DNA from: Armatimonadota bacterium
GTDB lineage: Bacteria; Armatimonadota; UBA5829; DTLH01
Direction of reading: 5' to 3'
Length of the DNA stretch: 64,000 nucleotides
NCBI GenBank assembly: GCA_038207085.1
Contig: JBBRAE010000005.1
Location: 32,001 to 96,000, forward strand
The notes under the pieces were generated by a model, which was given only the letters and a program-made list of their open reading frames with translations, had not been told where the DNA came from and did no database searches. This document shows, one piece after another, positions 9,623 to 19,877 of the stretch (positions within the stretch are counted from its first letter, which is position 1; each line of letters begins with the position of its first letter). Position numbers and translations under genes: made by a program.

Positions 9623-10531
9623 TTACTCCCCTCGCTTTTCGTTTCTTACCCAGGTCTCACGAATCTGTTTGCCGTCCGAAAATAGCTGCAATAGCGCCTG
9701 GTCGTCGCCGGACTCGATCTGAGAGCGCACTTCGGAGAGAATCTCTTCAAAGCGCTTGAGCTCGGAGGTGATCGCATCTTTGCTCGACAGGCACACGTCC
9801 CGCCAAATCTCAGGTGGGCTCAATGCGATGCGCGTCAGATCGCGGAAGCTACCGGCTGCAAGCTCGAACACTTTGCCGCTTCTCCCCTGCTCCTCCGCCG
9901 CAAGCTTGAGGATCGCCGCGGCAAGGACGTGGGGCACGTGGCTGATGATCGCCGCGCTCGCGTCGTGCTGCTCGGGGCTCATCATAACAGTCTGCGAACC
10001 GAGCCCCTCTGCGAAGTTGACGATGGTGCTAAGGGCGTTGACATCGGTATACTCGGTCGGGGTGATGACGTAGGTTGCGTCAAGGAAGAGATACGGCACA
10101 GCCGCCTCGACCCCGGACTCCTCAGACCCCGCCATCGGGTGCCCGCCGACGAAATATCGTTCGTCAGGGATCAGCGCCTCGGCTCCGCGGGTGATCATCG
10201 TCTTGGTGCTCCCGACGTCGGTCACGATCGCGCCGGGTTTCAAAAACCCCGAAATCGCCTCGATCATCGGTAGAGCGGCAAGCACCGGGGGGCAGACGAA
10301 CACGATATCGGCCTCACCGATCCCCGCAAAGAGATTGGTAGTCACCTCGTCGACGGCGGCCAACTGCTGGGCGCGGACAAGCTTCTTGCCGTCACGCCCG
10401 ACGCCTACGACCCGACGAGCAAGCCCACGAGCCTTGGCAGCCATGCCAATAGAGCCGCCTATTAGTCCGACGCCGATTATGGCGACAGTGTCGACGATGG
10501 GTTCGTTCATCAGGTTAGACGTATCTTCCAA
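9623..10531 (-). CDS. tyrA: Prephenate/arogenate dehydrogenase
   Basis: GVGLIGGS, TDVGSTK, GGHPMAGSE, SHVPH and GSFRDLTRIA motifs. Confidence 0.93.
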   Translation of the reverse strand: MEDTSNLMNEPIVDTVAIIGVGLIGGSIGMAAKARGLARRVVGVGRDGKKLVRAQQLAAVDEVTTNLFAGIGEADIVFVCPPVLAALPMIEAISGFLKPGAIVTDVGSTKTMITRGAEALIPDERYFVGGHPMAGSEESGVEAAVPYLFLDATYVITPTEYTDVNALSTIVNFAEGLGSQTVMMSPEQHDASAAIISHVPHVLAAAILKLAAEEQGRSGKVFELAAGSFRDLTRIALSPPEIWRDVCLSSKDAITSELKRFEEILSEVRSQIESGDDQALLQLFSDGKQIRETWVRNEKRGE

Positions 10532-11537
10532 CGGCCCGCGCGCACACGTTCAGTTCGGTCATCATCTGAGCGAAGTGATCGGGGCGGAGCGACTGTGGGC
10601 CGTCCTTCAGAGCCTTTGCGGGGTTCGGGTGAACCTCGATCATCAATACGTCCGCACCTGCGACCACAGAGGCCTTGGCGACCGGGGAAACGAGGTTCCA
10701 CCTGCCCGTGCCGTGGCTTGGGTCGGCGACGATCGGAAGATGCGTCAGACCCGCAAGCGAGGGAATCGCGCTTATGTCAAAGGTGTTTCGTGTGTAGGTC
10801 TCAAAGGTGCGAATACCCCGCTCGCAGAGCAGAATTTCATAGTTGCCACGGTTGGCGATGTACTCTGCGGCCTGCAGCCACTCCTCGATCGTCGAGGACA
10901 TGCCGCGCTTGAGCATAACGGGCTTCTTGATCAGGCCGATCTCGCGCAACAGAGCGTAGTTCGCCATATTTCGCGTGCCGATCTGCAAAATGTCCGCGTA
11001 TTTGGCGACAAGGTCGATGTCGCGGGTGTCCATAACCTCGGTTATGATAGGCAGCCCGGTGATGTCGCGCGCGGTCGCCATCATCTTCAAGGCATCCTCG
11101 CCTAGACCGTGGAAGCTGTAGGGCGATGTGCTCGGCTTGAACGCGCCGCCACGGAGGATCGATGCGCCCGCGGCTTTGATCGCCTTTGCGACCTCAATCA
11201 CCTGCTCTTCGCTCTCGACCGAACATGGACCGGCCATCACGACGATCTTCTGGCCGCCGATGTCGACACCGCCGACCTTGATGATAGTCTTATCCGGGTG
11301 GAACTCGCGCCCGACGATCTTGTAGGGCTTCAGGATCGGAATGACACGCTCGATATAGTCGAACGAGCTCAGCTGCTCGGCGATTATCGCCTTGTCCTCT
11401 TCGGGCGCGCCGATGGCGCCGACAATCGTCTTCTCGACACCCTTCGATATGTGCACGCCATAGCCGCGGTCTTTTAAGTTCTGTACCAACTCTTCAAGAT
11501 CGCCATCTTTCGCCGTCGGAGTCATTATAATGATCAT
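10515..11537 (-). CDS. aroF: DAHP synthase (type I-beta) with N-terminal regulatory domain
   Basis: AGPCSVES, RGGAFKP, QIGTRNM, ERGIRTFE, DPSHGTG and IEVHP motifs. Confidence 0.95.
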   Translation of the reverse strand: MIIIMTPTAKDGDLEELVQNLKDRGYGVHISKGVEKTIVGAIGAPEEDKAIIAEQLSSFDYIERVIPILKPYKIVGREFHPDKTIIKVGGVDIGGQKIVVMAGPCSVESEEQVIEVAKAIKAAGASILRGGAFKPSTSPYSFHGLGEDALKMMATARDITGLPIITEVMDTRDIDLVAKYADILQIGTRNMANYALLREIGLIKKPVMLKRGMSSTIEEWLQAAEYIANRGNYEILLCERGIRTFETYTRNTFDISAIPSLAGLTHLPIVADPSHGTGRWNLVSPVAKASVVAGADVLMIEVHPNPAKALKDGPQSLRPDHFAQMMTELNVCARAVGRYV

Positions 11538-11662
11538 TGCTGTATCCTGTTCTTAGTTGCCAGTGGCTAGTCGCTAGTTGTCAGCCGGATCGGGCGCGAA
11601 CTGATTGGTCGGGCTAACTTTCTTTGCGTGCGGGATATTCATCCTGCACGATCATGGTGCTC

Positions 11663-12805
11663 TCACCCCAGAACTTTCTCAAGTTCTTCGATGAATTTGA
11701 CGTTCTCCTGCTGGAGGCCGGTGCTGATCCTCGCCCAGGTCGGCGCACCGAAGACGTCGCCGGTGCGGATGATGACGCCGCGCTTCAAGAGCTCGCCGAA
11801 AACCTGCTTGCTGTCGCGCTTGAGATTGACCCACACGAAGTTCGCCTCGCTTGGAGCGTAGGGGAGGCCCATTCGGTCGAACTCCTTATAGAAATAGGCT
11901 TTGCCCTCGGAATTGAGCTTGCGGGTCCTCGCGACGTGCTCCTGATCTTCGATACCTGCGATCGCCGCGGCCTGCGCGACCAGGTTGATATTAAACGGCA
12001 GCCGCACCTGCTCTAGATAGCCGATAATCTCCGGCTTTGCGATCCCATAGCCGACACGGAGCCCCGCGAGGCCGTAGATCTTGGAGAAGGTGCGCATCAG
12101 GATGACGTTGCGGCCTTCTTTCACCCATTTCATACCGTCGGGATAGTCTTCGCGCTCGTTGTACTCGTAGTAGGCCTCGTCGAGCACAAGAATCGCCCGC
12201 TCGGGGAGCTTATTCAAAAGCTTTTCAACTTCGCTGTGAGAGACGAGCGTGCCGGTCGGGTTATTCGGGTTTGCGATAAAGACAAACTTGGTGCGCTCGT
12301 TAACCAGCTCAAGGATCTCACCGAGGTCGTGGGTGTGATCTGTGAGCGAAACCTTGCAAACCGTGCAGCCGTTCAAAACCCCCGCAGTCTCATACTGGGA
12401 GAATGTGGGGTCGCCCTGGATGATCTCATCCTCAGGCTCGATCATAGCCGTTCCAAGCTCGTGGATGATCTCATCACTCCCTGCGCCGAATGTGAGACAT
12501 TCCCCGCCGATGCCCAGATGCTTCGCCACAGCATTTCGCAGAGCAAAGCAGTTGCCATCGGGGTACATGCCGACCTTTTCCACAGCCGCTTTCATCGCCT
12601 CGACAGCCTTCGGGGACGGCCCGAGCGGGTTCTCGTTGCTTGCAAGCTTAATGATATCAGTCAGCCCAAACTCGCGCTGAACTTCTTCGATCGGCTTGCC
12701 CGGCACATACGGCCTAAGTCTGGTTACACATTCTTTGCAGATTCTCACAGCCACTTGAAAACTCACCTCTTTATATTCACTGTCGTGAATGGCGGTTTTT
12801 GCCAT
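11663..12805 (-). CDS. hisC: Histidinol-phosphate aminotransferase
   Basis: KLASNENPLG, NPNNPTG, DEAY and RTFSKIYGLAGLRVGY motifs; start uncertain. Confidence 0.92.
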   Translation of the reverse strand: MAKTAIHDSEYKEVSFQVAVRICKECVTRLRPYVPGKPIEEVQREFGLTDIIKLASNENPLGPSPKAVEAMKAAVEKVGMYPDGNCFALRNAVAKHLGIGGECLTFGAGSDEIIHELGTAMIEPEDEIIQGDPTFSQYETAGVLNGCTVCKVSLTDHTHDLGEILELVNERTKFVFIANPNNPTGTLVSHSEVEKLLNKLPERAILVLDEAYYEYNEREDYPDGMKWVKEGRNVILMRTFSKIYGLAGLRVGYGIAKPEIIGYLEQVRLPFNINLVAQAAAIAGIEDQEHVARTRKLNSEGKAYFYKEFDRMGLPYAPSEANFVWVNLKRDSKQVFGELLKRGVIIRTGDVFGAPTWARISTGLQQENVKFIEELEKVLG

Positions 12806-13019
12806 TTACGTTCCCCTTGTGGTGAAGGCCCTGGCGACAGCATTGCGATACGAAATGCGAAAGCCGGCAGCAGCACGGGTTCTGTGCCGCGAGAGTCTTT
12901 ACCACAACCCTTAAAAGTTTATCATAAAGCAGGCTAGGATGGGAAGGGCGAGAATGGTTGCAGATCAGATGTGAAACGAACTAAAATAGCTTCAGCAAAA
13001 TCATGTGGAGCTGTTTACG

Positions 13020-13847
13020 ATGGAATATCCTGATCTTCTGCCGGGGATGGAGCCGGTTTACCTTTGGAAAAACACTGCCGTCGGCCCGGTCGACGACACC
13101 CACACGCCATTTTTCAGCGTGCACCTGCCCGAAAATCCAACCGGCGCAGGGGTCGTTGTCTGTCCGGGAGGCGCGTATGCCTTCCTTTCGCTTGAGAAAG
13201 AAGGACTGAACGTTGCCCAGTGGCTAAACGCTCGGGGAGTCGCCGCATTCGTGCTTCACTACAGACTCGGGCCGCAGTACAACCATCCGACCCAGCTCGG
13301 CGACATCCAGCGTGCGATTCGGATGATCCGAGCCAACTCTTCGCATTACGGAGTCGACCCCGGCAAGCTCGGAGTGTGCGGGTTCTCCGCCGGAGGGCAC
13401 CTCGCGTCATCCGCTGCGACAATCTTTGACGCGGGACACCCCTCCTCGCCAGACGCTATCGAACAAGAGAGCTCAAGGCCGGACTTTGCGATCCTCGCCT
13501 ACCCCGTCATCACCCTCCTTGACCCCTACACGCACGTTGATTCAAGAAACCACCTGCTCGGGGAATCGGCCGATGACTCACTCATCAGGGAAATGTCGAC
13601 CGAGACGCGCGTAACCCCAAAGACGCCGCCGATCTTTCTTTTCCATACCGACGAAGACGGCGCAGTCCCATCGGAAAACAGCGTGCAGTTCTACCTCGCG
13701 TGCCGAAAAGCCGGAGTCCCGGCGGAGCTTCACGTATACGCGCCCGGCGGTCACGGCGTAGGGCTTGCGCAGGAAGACCCGGTGCTTGTGAGCTGGACAA
13801 ACAGGCTTGAGGCGTGGATGCAGGGAATGAACTTGCTCGGAGGCTAA
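13020..13847 (+). CDS. Alpha/beta hydrolase (acetyl/feruloyl-esterase-like)
   Basis: CPGGAY, GFSAGGH nucleophile elbow, D.AVP and GGHGVG motifs; GGAG before ATG 13020. Confidence 0.88.
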   Translation: MEYPDLLPGMEPVYLWKNTAVGPVDDTHTPFFSVHLPENPTGAGVVVCPGGAYAFLSLEKEGLNVAQWLNARGVAAFVLHYRLGPQYNHPTQLGDIQRAIRMIRANSSHYGVDPGKLGVCGFSAGGHLASSAATIFDAGHPSSPDAIEQESSRPDFAILAYPVITLLDPYTHVDSRNHLLGESADDSLIREMSTETRVTPKTPPIFLFHTDEDGAVPSENSVQFYLACRKAGVPAELHVYAPGGHGVGLAQEDPVLVSWTNRLEAWMQGMNLLGG

Positions 13848-13934
13848 CCCGACGTTATTGTTATCAACAAGCTCTGCGGTGTATAATTATATGGTGAGAA
13901 GCCTGAATTGTTTTTTAAAGGACTAAGCATTCAA

Positions 13935-16298
13935 ATGATAGATAGAGCCGATTCCGTTGATTTTCAACTAAAACTGTCCGAGCCGACCGTCGCCGAGTTC
14001 GCCGATGGGGGAAGCACCACGTTTGTCCCAGCCAAATTCGTGCCGGAGCGCGCTAACTTCGACACCGTGCGCCTTGAAGGCGCTTGGCAGGTCGCCTACT
14101 GGCCGTTTGCCGTTCCTGAAGCTGAGATTGTGGGCAAAGTCGGTGGAAACGTCTCGTGGAGCGAAGTCGCGCAGCCGGGCAAGGTGTTCTACTATGACCC
14201 GAATACGTCCCCTGACAAGATCCCGGACTGGGACAGGGTCTCGCTTGCGCACATCGACCCCGAAGATGGCGCGATTATCAAGCGAAACGTTACCGTACCG
14301 GGCAACTGGGCGGGCAAAAAAGCCTTTTTGAGGTTCGAGGGGATTTACCCCGCGGGTGTCGTCTATTTTGACGGTATAAAGGTCGGCGAACAGTGGAGCG
14401 GGCTTACCCCAATCGAGTTCGATGTGACCGAGCTTGCCACGCCGGGCGTCCACACGGTCGCGATCAGACTCTACCGCAAGCACGAGTCTGTAAAGCTCGA
14501 CATGCCCCGCCACGCCCTTGAGTTCACGGGCCTCTGCCGCGCGGCGTTTCTGCACGCGGTCGAACCGGTGCATGTCTCAGAGATGAGGCTCGCGCCCGAG
14601 CTTGCCGATGACTACAAAACAGGGCACGTGACGGGTGAAGTCACCGTCAGAAACTCATCAGGCAAGAGCACCGAAGCGACTGTAGCCGTGCAGATCGTCG
14701 ACGCAAAGACCAATGTGATCGTCGAAGTGCCCTACAGCGTGTCGCTTGGAGCAGGCGAAGAGAAAACGATCGAGATCGACGTCCCGGCGGGCGAAGTGAA
14801 CACCTGGAACGCCGAGAAGCCCTACCTCTATGCCGTCCGCCTCCGAGTGATCGCGCCGGGCCAGGAGTCGCAGTGCCTGAAAGAGACGATCGGCTTTAGA
14901 AAGTTTGAGATGAAGGATCAGCGCCCGCTTCTTAACGGCAACCCCGTCAAGTTCCGTGGTGTCAACCACCTCACCTTCCACCCCGAGGGCGGGATGTACA
15001 CCCCCGAGCCGTGGCTTAGGCAGTGCCTGACGATGATGAAGCGCGCGAACGTAAACGCGATCCGCACGCACTTCTTCGGCCCGCGTGAGCTCACGGACCT
15101 CTGCGACGAGCTTGGAATCTACCTGTTGCAGGAGCTTCCTATTGACTGGGGCCACCCGTATTTCCATGAGTCGGTCCACCTCGGGCCCGTGCTTCACAGG
15201 ATGGAAGCCTGCGTCCGCCGCGATAGAAACCACCCCTGTGTTATGGTGTGGAGCATCGGCAACGAGAACCTGCCGAAGACCGAGGAGATCCACGACGTTT
15301 TCTTCCAGCACCTCGCACTTGCAAACGAGATCGTGAAGAAGCTGGACCCGACTCGCCCTACGATGTTCCCACCTCCCGGGCCAGCAAACAAGATCATGGG
15401 CATCTTCGAGACGCGCATCGGCGATATCGCGGACATCCATTACAGCTTCAAGCTGATCCGAGAGTTCAACGAGACCAACGTGCTCAGCAACCCGCGCACC
15501 TGGGAGCCGACTTTTGAGACGCACACCCGCGAGGAGCTTCACAAACGAGGCTGGAGCGGCGTCTGGTTCTCAAGTGAGTATGGCATCGCCAACAAGCAGC
15601 CCGACCTTAACGGCGCGGCCTACCTGAACCTGATCGCCGACCTCGACTTTGACCCGCTCTCAGGCAAGAACGCCCAGCAGACGTTTGTGGAGCGAATGCA
15701 CTCCGAGTGGGGCCTGATGCACGACGACCCAACATGCCTTGGCGGCGCATATTTCTGCTGGATCGCGGCAGGCGCGGGCGACCAGTGGGGATGGGTCCGC
15801 TGGGGAGAGGACGCTGACTGGGGAATCCTCACCGGCGACCTGATGCCCAAACCCTCGTTCTGGGCGCTGCGAGAGCTGTTCTGCCCCGTGCGCTTCCCCG
15901 ACCATGTCGTCTGGCAGCCGGGAAGCAAGGAAGTGAAGATTTCGATCCGAAACGATTACAACGGGCTCGACTTCTCAGATCTCACGTTCCGGCTGATGAG
16001 AACGGCCCCGGCATGGGGAAGCATGTGCCGCATCTTTGAGGACATCCCTGTCTCCTGCCCGCCCGGTGAGACAGTAACCGTGACGCTCCCGATGGAGAAC
16101 ACCGCTGGCCTCGACGAAGGTGCCACGTCGATCTGTCGGTTTATAGTCCTTGAGCCTAGCGGCTTCCGAACGATCATGGCCGACGTTTTGGTGATCTCTG
16201 AAGAAAACGTCGACAAGCGCAAGTCGGGAACGAACGGCCACAACGCCGCCCGCCCGAATATCCCAATGCCCCTTGGCCCGGACGCGGTGCTGGACTAG
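13935..16298 (+). CDS. Glycoside hydrolase family 2 (beta-galactosidase/glucuronidase-like)
   Basis: LRFEG, WNAEKPYLY, GFRK, RGVNH, NAIRTH, RDRNHPCVMVWSIGNE (acid/base) and SEYG (nucleophile). Confidence 0.9.
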   Translation: MIDRADSVDFQLKLSEPTVAEFADGGSTTFVPAKFVPERANFDTVRLEGAWQVAYWPFAVPEAEIVGKVGGNVSWSEVAQPGKVFYYDPNTSPDKIPDWDRVSLAHIDPEDGAIIKRNVTVPGNWAGKKAFLRFEGIYPAGVVYFDGIKVGEQWSGLTPIEFDVTELATPGVHTVAIRLYRKHESVKLDMPRHALEFTGLCRAAFLHAVEPVHVSEMRLAPELADDYKTGHVTGEVTVRNSSGKSTEATVAVQIVDAKTNVIVEVPYSVSLGAGEEKTIEIDVPAGEVNTWNAEKPYLYAVRLRVIAPGQESQCLKETIGFRKFEMKDQRPLLNGNPVKFRGVNHLTFHPEGGMYTPEPWLRQCLTMMKRANVNAIRTHFFGPRELTDLCDELGIYLLQELPIDWGHPYFHESVHLGPVLHRMEACVRRDRNHPCVMVWSIGNENLPKTEEIHDVFFQHLALANEIVKKLDPTRPTMFPPPGPANKIMGIFETRIGDIADIHYSFKLIREFNETNVLSNPRTWEPTFETHTREELHKRGWSGVWFSSEYGIANKQPDLNGAAYLNLIADLDFDPLSGKNAQQTFVERMHSEWGLMHDDPTCLGGAYFCWIAAGAGDQWGWVRWGEDADWGILTGDLMPKPSFWALRELFCPVRFPDHVVWQPGSKEVKISIRNDYNGLDFSDLTFRLMRTAPAWGSMCRIFEDIPVSCPPGETVTVTLPMENTAGLDEGATSICRFIVLEPSGFRTIMADVLVISEENVDKRKSGTNGHNAARPNIPMPLGPDAVLD

Positions 16299-16332
16299 CC
16301 CGCTTTGTTCGTGAAGCGAATAATGCTTTGCT
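16296..16332 (+). repeat. Partial copy of the 80-bp TA-flanked MITE, overlapping the GH2 stop codon
   Basis: TAGCCCGCTTTGTTCGTGAAGCGAATAATGCTTTGCT resembles the left half of 30091-30170. Confidence 0.65.
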
Positions 16333-16344
16333 GGTTTTCTATAT

Positions 16345-16375
16345 ATACAGCCGGGGCGGCGTGCCCCGGCTGTAT
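16345..16375. terminator. Hairpin terminator after the GH2 gene
   Basis: ATACAGCCGGGGC-ggcgt-GCCCCGGCTGTAT, a 13-bp stem. Confidence 0.6.
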
Positions 16376-16403
16376 TGACTTCAGCGCCGCATTAGGTTAC
16401 ATT
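16375..16403 (+). promoter_or_regulatory. Putative sigma70 promoter
   Basis: TTGACT-17 nt-TACATT upstream of 16462. Confidence 0.5.
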
Positions 16404-16461
16404 GGAGTAGCTGCGTAATACAAGCCCTGCAGTAGAGAAAGCCAAGGAAGGTGACCTCGCA

Positions 16462-17946
16462 ATGCGACTAAAGCACATCGCCGTCTATGGACTCGTCCTC
16501 ATCGCCATAGCCTCTGTAACGGCTGGAGCCTATGCGTTCCCCGCGCGTCGTTACTACATCAGCACAGTATACTCCTGGTGGCCGACTTACTCCGACATGT
16601 CGCTTTTCGACAAGTTCATCGAGGAAAGCAAACAGAAGGGGATGAACTCGATCAGCATCGACGTTCCCTGGTCCATCGAGAACGACCTAGGAGGCTTTGA
16701 TTTTGCCGCGACCGACCAGAGAGTCGATTTCGCCGTGTCACGGGGGCTCTCGGTCTTCCTGAGGCTAAATTGCACCACAATGGGCGGCAGGCCCAAGTGG
16801 CTCTCTGACGATATGCTCCAGGCGACGCCCGACGGCAAGGTGTTCAAGCGGGACACCGACGGCGCGATGATCCCATCGCTCAGTCACCCAAGTGTCCGCG
16901 CCCACATCGCAGGGTTCGCGCGTGCGGCTTCACTTCACTACGGCGCAAGATACCCATGGACGGTCTCCGGTGAGTATCCGGTGGTCGCGATCTCCCCCGC
17001 GCTCGACCTATACATGGAGAGCGAATACTACCCTGACGCTGATCTCGACTACAGCAAAGCCGCCGAGGCAAGCTTCGCCTCCTGGGTCAAGCGTCAGTAT
17101 AAGTCGCTAGATGCGCTAAACGCCAGATGGGGCAAAAACTGCAAGTCATGGTCGCAGGCGACACTAAAGGACGCCCACCCGACCGCCAGATATATGTTTT
17201 TCGAGTCCGAGCTTTCCCGTGCCTGCCGCGAGTTTGCAGGGGCAGTGCACACGGCAAGCGCAATCAGGGTCGGAATCCATTCCGGCTGCGCCTTTGACAG
17301 CCCCCGCAGGCGCACGATGAACGTTTCGGCGATGCTCTCCGGAGTCGACTGGCTCTTCATATCCGACGCGCCGACCGTGAACCACGCGTTTGCCGTCGAC
17401 TACGCCCGCACTTCGGCCCCGATGCTGAAAGTCGCAAGCGGCATAGACTCACCAAGCCACGCCGAAGGGACCAACGGCCGCTACTTCAACCAGGGTGTGC
17501 GGGCGTTCGAACACGGCGCATGCGCGGTCGTGCTTGCCAACTGGGACCTTTCCAACATGCGCGACAACGCCCGCTGGCCGTTCCTGCACTTTGTAGGCAA
17601 GCTCACCCGTTCCTACCCCACAGCCACAAGGCCCGAGAGCGCGATGTATGTCTCGACCTGGGACCTGATCACCCGTCCCAATGCGATCGACGAGTATATC
17701 CCGACCTACCAGGCGCTTTCAGGGGAAGGCAAGCACGCGGTCGACGTCCTTTCCGACGCCGCCATCGTCTCCGACCCGGCAAGACTCGCACGCTACTCGG
17801 AGATCCATCTACCTGCCAATCGCACGATCCCGCCGGCGGTCCGACAGGCGCTTGTTAGAGTCCGAGATAAACTAAAAATATCCAGGCCGCTCGTCGCAGG
17901 CACGATGGACGAATACGGGCAGCTGACGGATCGGTTCAAGCCGTAG
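16462..17946 (+). CDS. Secreted GH42/beta-galactosidase-like TIM-barrel glycoside hydrolase
   Basis: Signal peptide (...AGAYA); VPWSIE..GGFDF, PKWL and F.SWVKRQYKSLDALNARWG; AAGGAAGG ribosome-binding site. Confidence 0.7.
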   Translation: MRLKHIAVYGLVLIAIASVTAGAYAFPARRYYISTVYSWWPTYSDMSLFDKFIEESKQKGMNSISIDVPWSIENDLGGFDFAATDQRVDFAVSRGLSVFLRLNCTTMGGRPKWLSDDMLQATPDGKVFKRDTDGAMIPSLSHPSVRAHIAGFARAASLHYGARYPWTVSGEYPVVAISPALDLYMESEYYPDADLDYSKAAEASFASWVKRQYKSLDALNARWGKNCKSWSQATLKDAHPTARYMFFESELSRACREFAGAVHTASAIRVGIHSGCAFDSPRRRTMNVSAMLSGVDWLFISDAPTVNHAFAVDYARTSAPMLKVASGIDSPSHAEGTNGRYFNQGVRAFEHGACAVVLANWDLSNMRDNARWPFLHFVGKLTRSYPTATRPESAMYVSTWDLITRPNAIDEYIPTYQALSGEGKHAVDVLSDAAIVSDPARLARYSEIHLPANRTIPPAVRQALVRVRDKLKISRPLVAGTMDEYGQLTDRFKP

Positions 17947-17949
17947 GGG

Positions 17950-17982
17950 TAGTTGCTAGTCGTCAGTTGCTAGTTGCTAGTT
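17950..17982 (+). repeat. Heptamer tandem repeat (TAGTTGC)n
   Basis: TAGTTGC TAGTCGT CAGTTGC TAGTTGC TAGTT; the same unit occurs at 11554-11581 and 48385-48412. Confidence 0.8.
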
Positions 17983-18012
17983 TGGGACTGGCAAGATTTG
18001 AGAGATTGTGCC

Positions 18013-18157
18013 GCACCTATCGTTCGTCCGGATTTGCAATCCGGGACGATCTGGCAGAATAGTCATCTGTGATGCCGGTAGATTGGGCACATCCGAAATA
18101 CCGGGATCACAGATCCCTTGCTTGCCAACAGGCCCCGGATTTCAAATCCGGGCCTAC
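18013..18157. repeat. REPIN-like repeat family A, copy 1
   Basis: Terminal hairpins GTTCGTCCGGATTTGCAATCCGGGACG and GGCCCCGGATTTCAAATCCGGGCCTAC; inverted copy at 35172-35316. Confidence 0.85.
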
Positions 18158-18181
18158 ATAGGGCGTGTATTGATTCTTTGG

Positions 18182-18385
18182 GTGGAACGCACGTTTCGAG
18201 AGCCTCAACGTGATTGTTTTGGATTGATCTATATTTGATAGATTGGTGGTCGCGGCGGTACAACCTCTCACACCTCCACCCAACCCAACCCCTCACCCTG
18301 AGGCTCTCGAAGGGTGCGATGCACAAATTTCCCGACGTACTACAACAAAGGGAAGCTTATTAAATCCCCCAACCCTCGCCACTCC
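18182..18385. repeat. Repeat family C (CACCCTGAGGCTCTCGAAGGGTG hairpin), an inverted pair
   Basis: 18293-18381 matches 55727-55892 apart from the MITE insertion; 18182-18229 is an inverted copy matching 55710-55757. Confidence 0.75.
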
Positions 18386-18500
18386 CACCTCTTCACTACC
18401 CTCCCCATCCAATTCTGCACAATTTCAGGGCAAAACCCTTGACAGGGGGCAGGCTTGCGTGCAATCATGCGTTACCTAGCCGACGGCGGGCAAACAAAAA

Positions 18501-19190
18501 GTGACAACTATTGCTGACAACTTGGCCGCGGTGCGTGAACGGATAGCGAACGCAGCAGATCGGGCGGGCCGTAAATCAAGCGAAATCAGGCTTGTGACGG
18601 TCAGCAAAACGATCGATGTGGAACGCATCAAAGAAGCGATCGCGGCAGGAGCGACGGACCTCGGGGAAAACTACGTCCAGGAGGCCCTTGAGAAGTGGCA
18701 GGCCATCGGGCCGGCCGCGCGATGGCATTTCATCGGTCATCTCCAGAAGAACAAGGCAAGGCACGCAGTCGAAGCGTTTGATATGATTCAAAGCGTCGAC
18801 AGTGCTGAGCTTGCTGGGGAGATCGGAAAAAGAGCCCTCGCGCGTGGCGGCGCGGTGGATGTACTGATCGAGATAAACGTCGCAGAGGAAGAGGCCAAGT
18901 TCGGAGCGACGCCGAGCGATGCGCTCGCGCTTGCGGAACAGGTCTCGACTATACAAGGCATAAGGTTGCAGGGCTTTATGGGGATGGCTCCTTTTGTGGG
19001 CGATCCCGATGACGCGAGACCCTACTTCGCTCGCCTGAAAGGTCTTTGGGACAAGCTGCCAAAAGAGCAGCGTCTATGGCTTTCAATGGGAATGAGCCAC
19101 GATTTCGAGGCTGCAATCCTTGAAGGATCGAACATGGTACGTGTTGGAACGGCCATTTTCGGCGCGAGAAAAGCCAAGACGGGTCTCTAA
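18501..19190 (+). CDS. yggS: PLP homeostasis protein (YggS/PLPBP)
   Basis: VSKT, GENYVQE, WHFIGHLQKNK, LSMGMSHD and VRVGTAIFG motifs. Confidence 0.95.
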   Translation: MTTIADNLAAVRERIANAADRAGRKSSEIRLVTVSKTIDVERIKEAIAAGATDLGENYVQEALEKWQAIGPAARWHFIGHLQKNKARHAVEAFDMIQSVDSAELAGEIGKRALARGGAVDVLIEINVAEEEAKFGATPSDALALAEQVSTIQGIRLQGFMGMAPFVGDPDDARPYFARLKGLWDKLPKEQRLWLSMGMSHDFEAAILEGSNMVRVGTAIFGARKAKTGL

Positions 19191-19199
19191 AGAAGGTAA

Positions 19200-19251
19200 C
19201 CGGTGGCGCATAGCGCCAGCCTTTAAGAGACGGCGCTATCTGCGCCGTCGA
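19200..19251. repeat. 52-bp double-hairpin repeat, copy 1
   Basis: CCGGTGGCGCATAGCGCCAGCCTTTAAGAGACGGCGCTATCTGCGCCGTCGA; second copy at 58696-58747. Confidence 0.9.
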
Positions 19252-19351
19252 AACCGAACAACTTCACAGTGATCAAAGTCAGATACGGAGTGGTTCGCCC
19301 GACACCCGATCCCATGACTGACACTTTACCACTTATGGGAGGGTACCAAGC

Positions 19352-19798
19352 GTGAATACAGCACCACTTGACGAGTACGAAGAGCGACCGAGAGGTCTAT
19401 GGACCAAGCTCAAAGACCGAATCGGTCTCAACGAGTACGAAGATGATTTCGAAGAGATGTTGGACGACCCCGGTGGGGTAAGGCGTCCTATGACGCTTCG
19501 AATCCATCCTTCGAGGATGCAGCATGTATCGGTATGGAAGTCGATCCAGTCTCTTGAGAACGCTCAGGAGGCCGCGGATGGGCTGAAAGCCGGACATCAG
19601 CAGATCGTTAACCTCGAGAAGGCCAGCCCCGAGATTTGCGGGCGGGTCATTGATTTCCTGAACGGAGTGGTTTATGCACTCGACGGTTACGTGGAGAAGG
19701 TCGGCGACAGAGTCTACCTCTTCACCCCAGCCAACTTCCAGATCGATGTGGAAAACGGCGCGGACCGGGGCAGCAATGGCCCGTTCATGAACAGATAA
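19352..19798 (+). CDS. sepF: Cell division protein SepF
   Basis: AQEAADGLK, IVNLE, RVIDFLNGVVYALDG and YLFTPAN; yggS-sepF-proC-yggT synteny. Confidence 0.9.
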   Translation: MNTAPLDEYEERPRGLWTKLKDRIGLNEYEDDFEEMLDDPGGVRRPMTLRIHPSRMQHVSVWKSIQSLENAQEAADGLKAGHQQIVNLEKASPEICGRVIDFLNGVVYALDGYVEKVGDRVYLFTPANFQIDVENGADRGSNGPFMNR

Positions 19799-19803
19799 TT
19801 ACA

Positions 19804-19854
19804 AGGGGTTAGGGGTTGGGGATTAGGGGTTAGCAATAACCATCCCCAGCCCCT
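19804..19854. repeat. Heptamer (AGGGGTT)n repeat with an inverted partner arm
   Basis: AGGGGTT AGGGGTT GGGGATT AGGGGTT ... TAACCATCCCCAGCCCCT. Confidence 0.7.
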
Positions 19855-19877
19855 TGCCATCAACTCCGGAGAGTAAA

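Noticed and set aside
19804..19833. Telomere-like (TTAGGGG) repeat
   Set aside because: Only about four degenerate units with an inverted partner arm; it fits the intergenic heptamer class.
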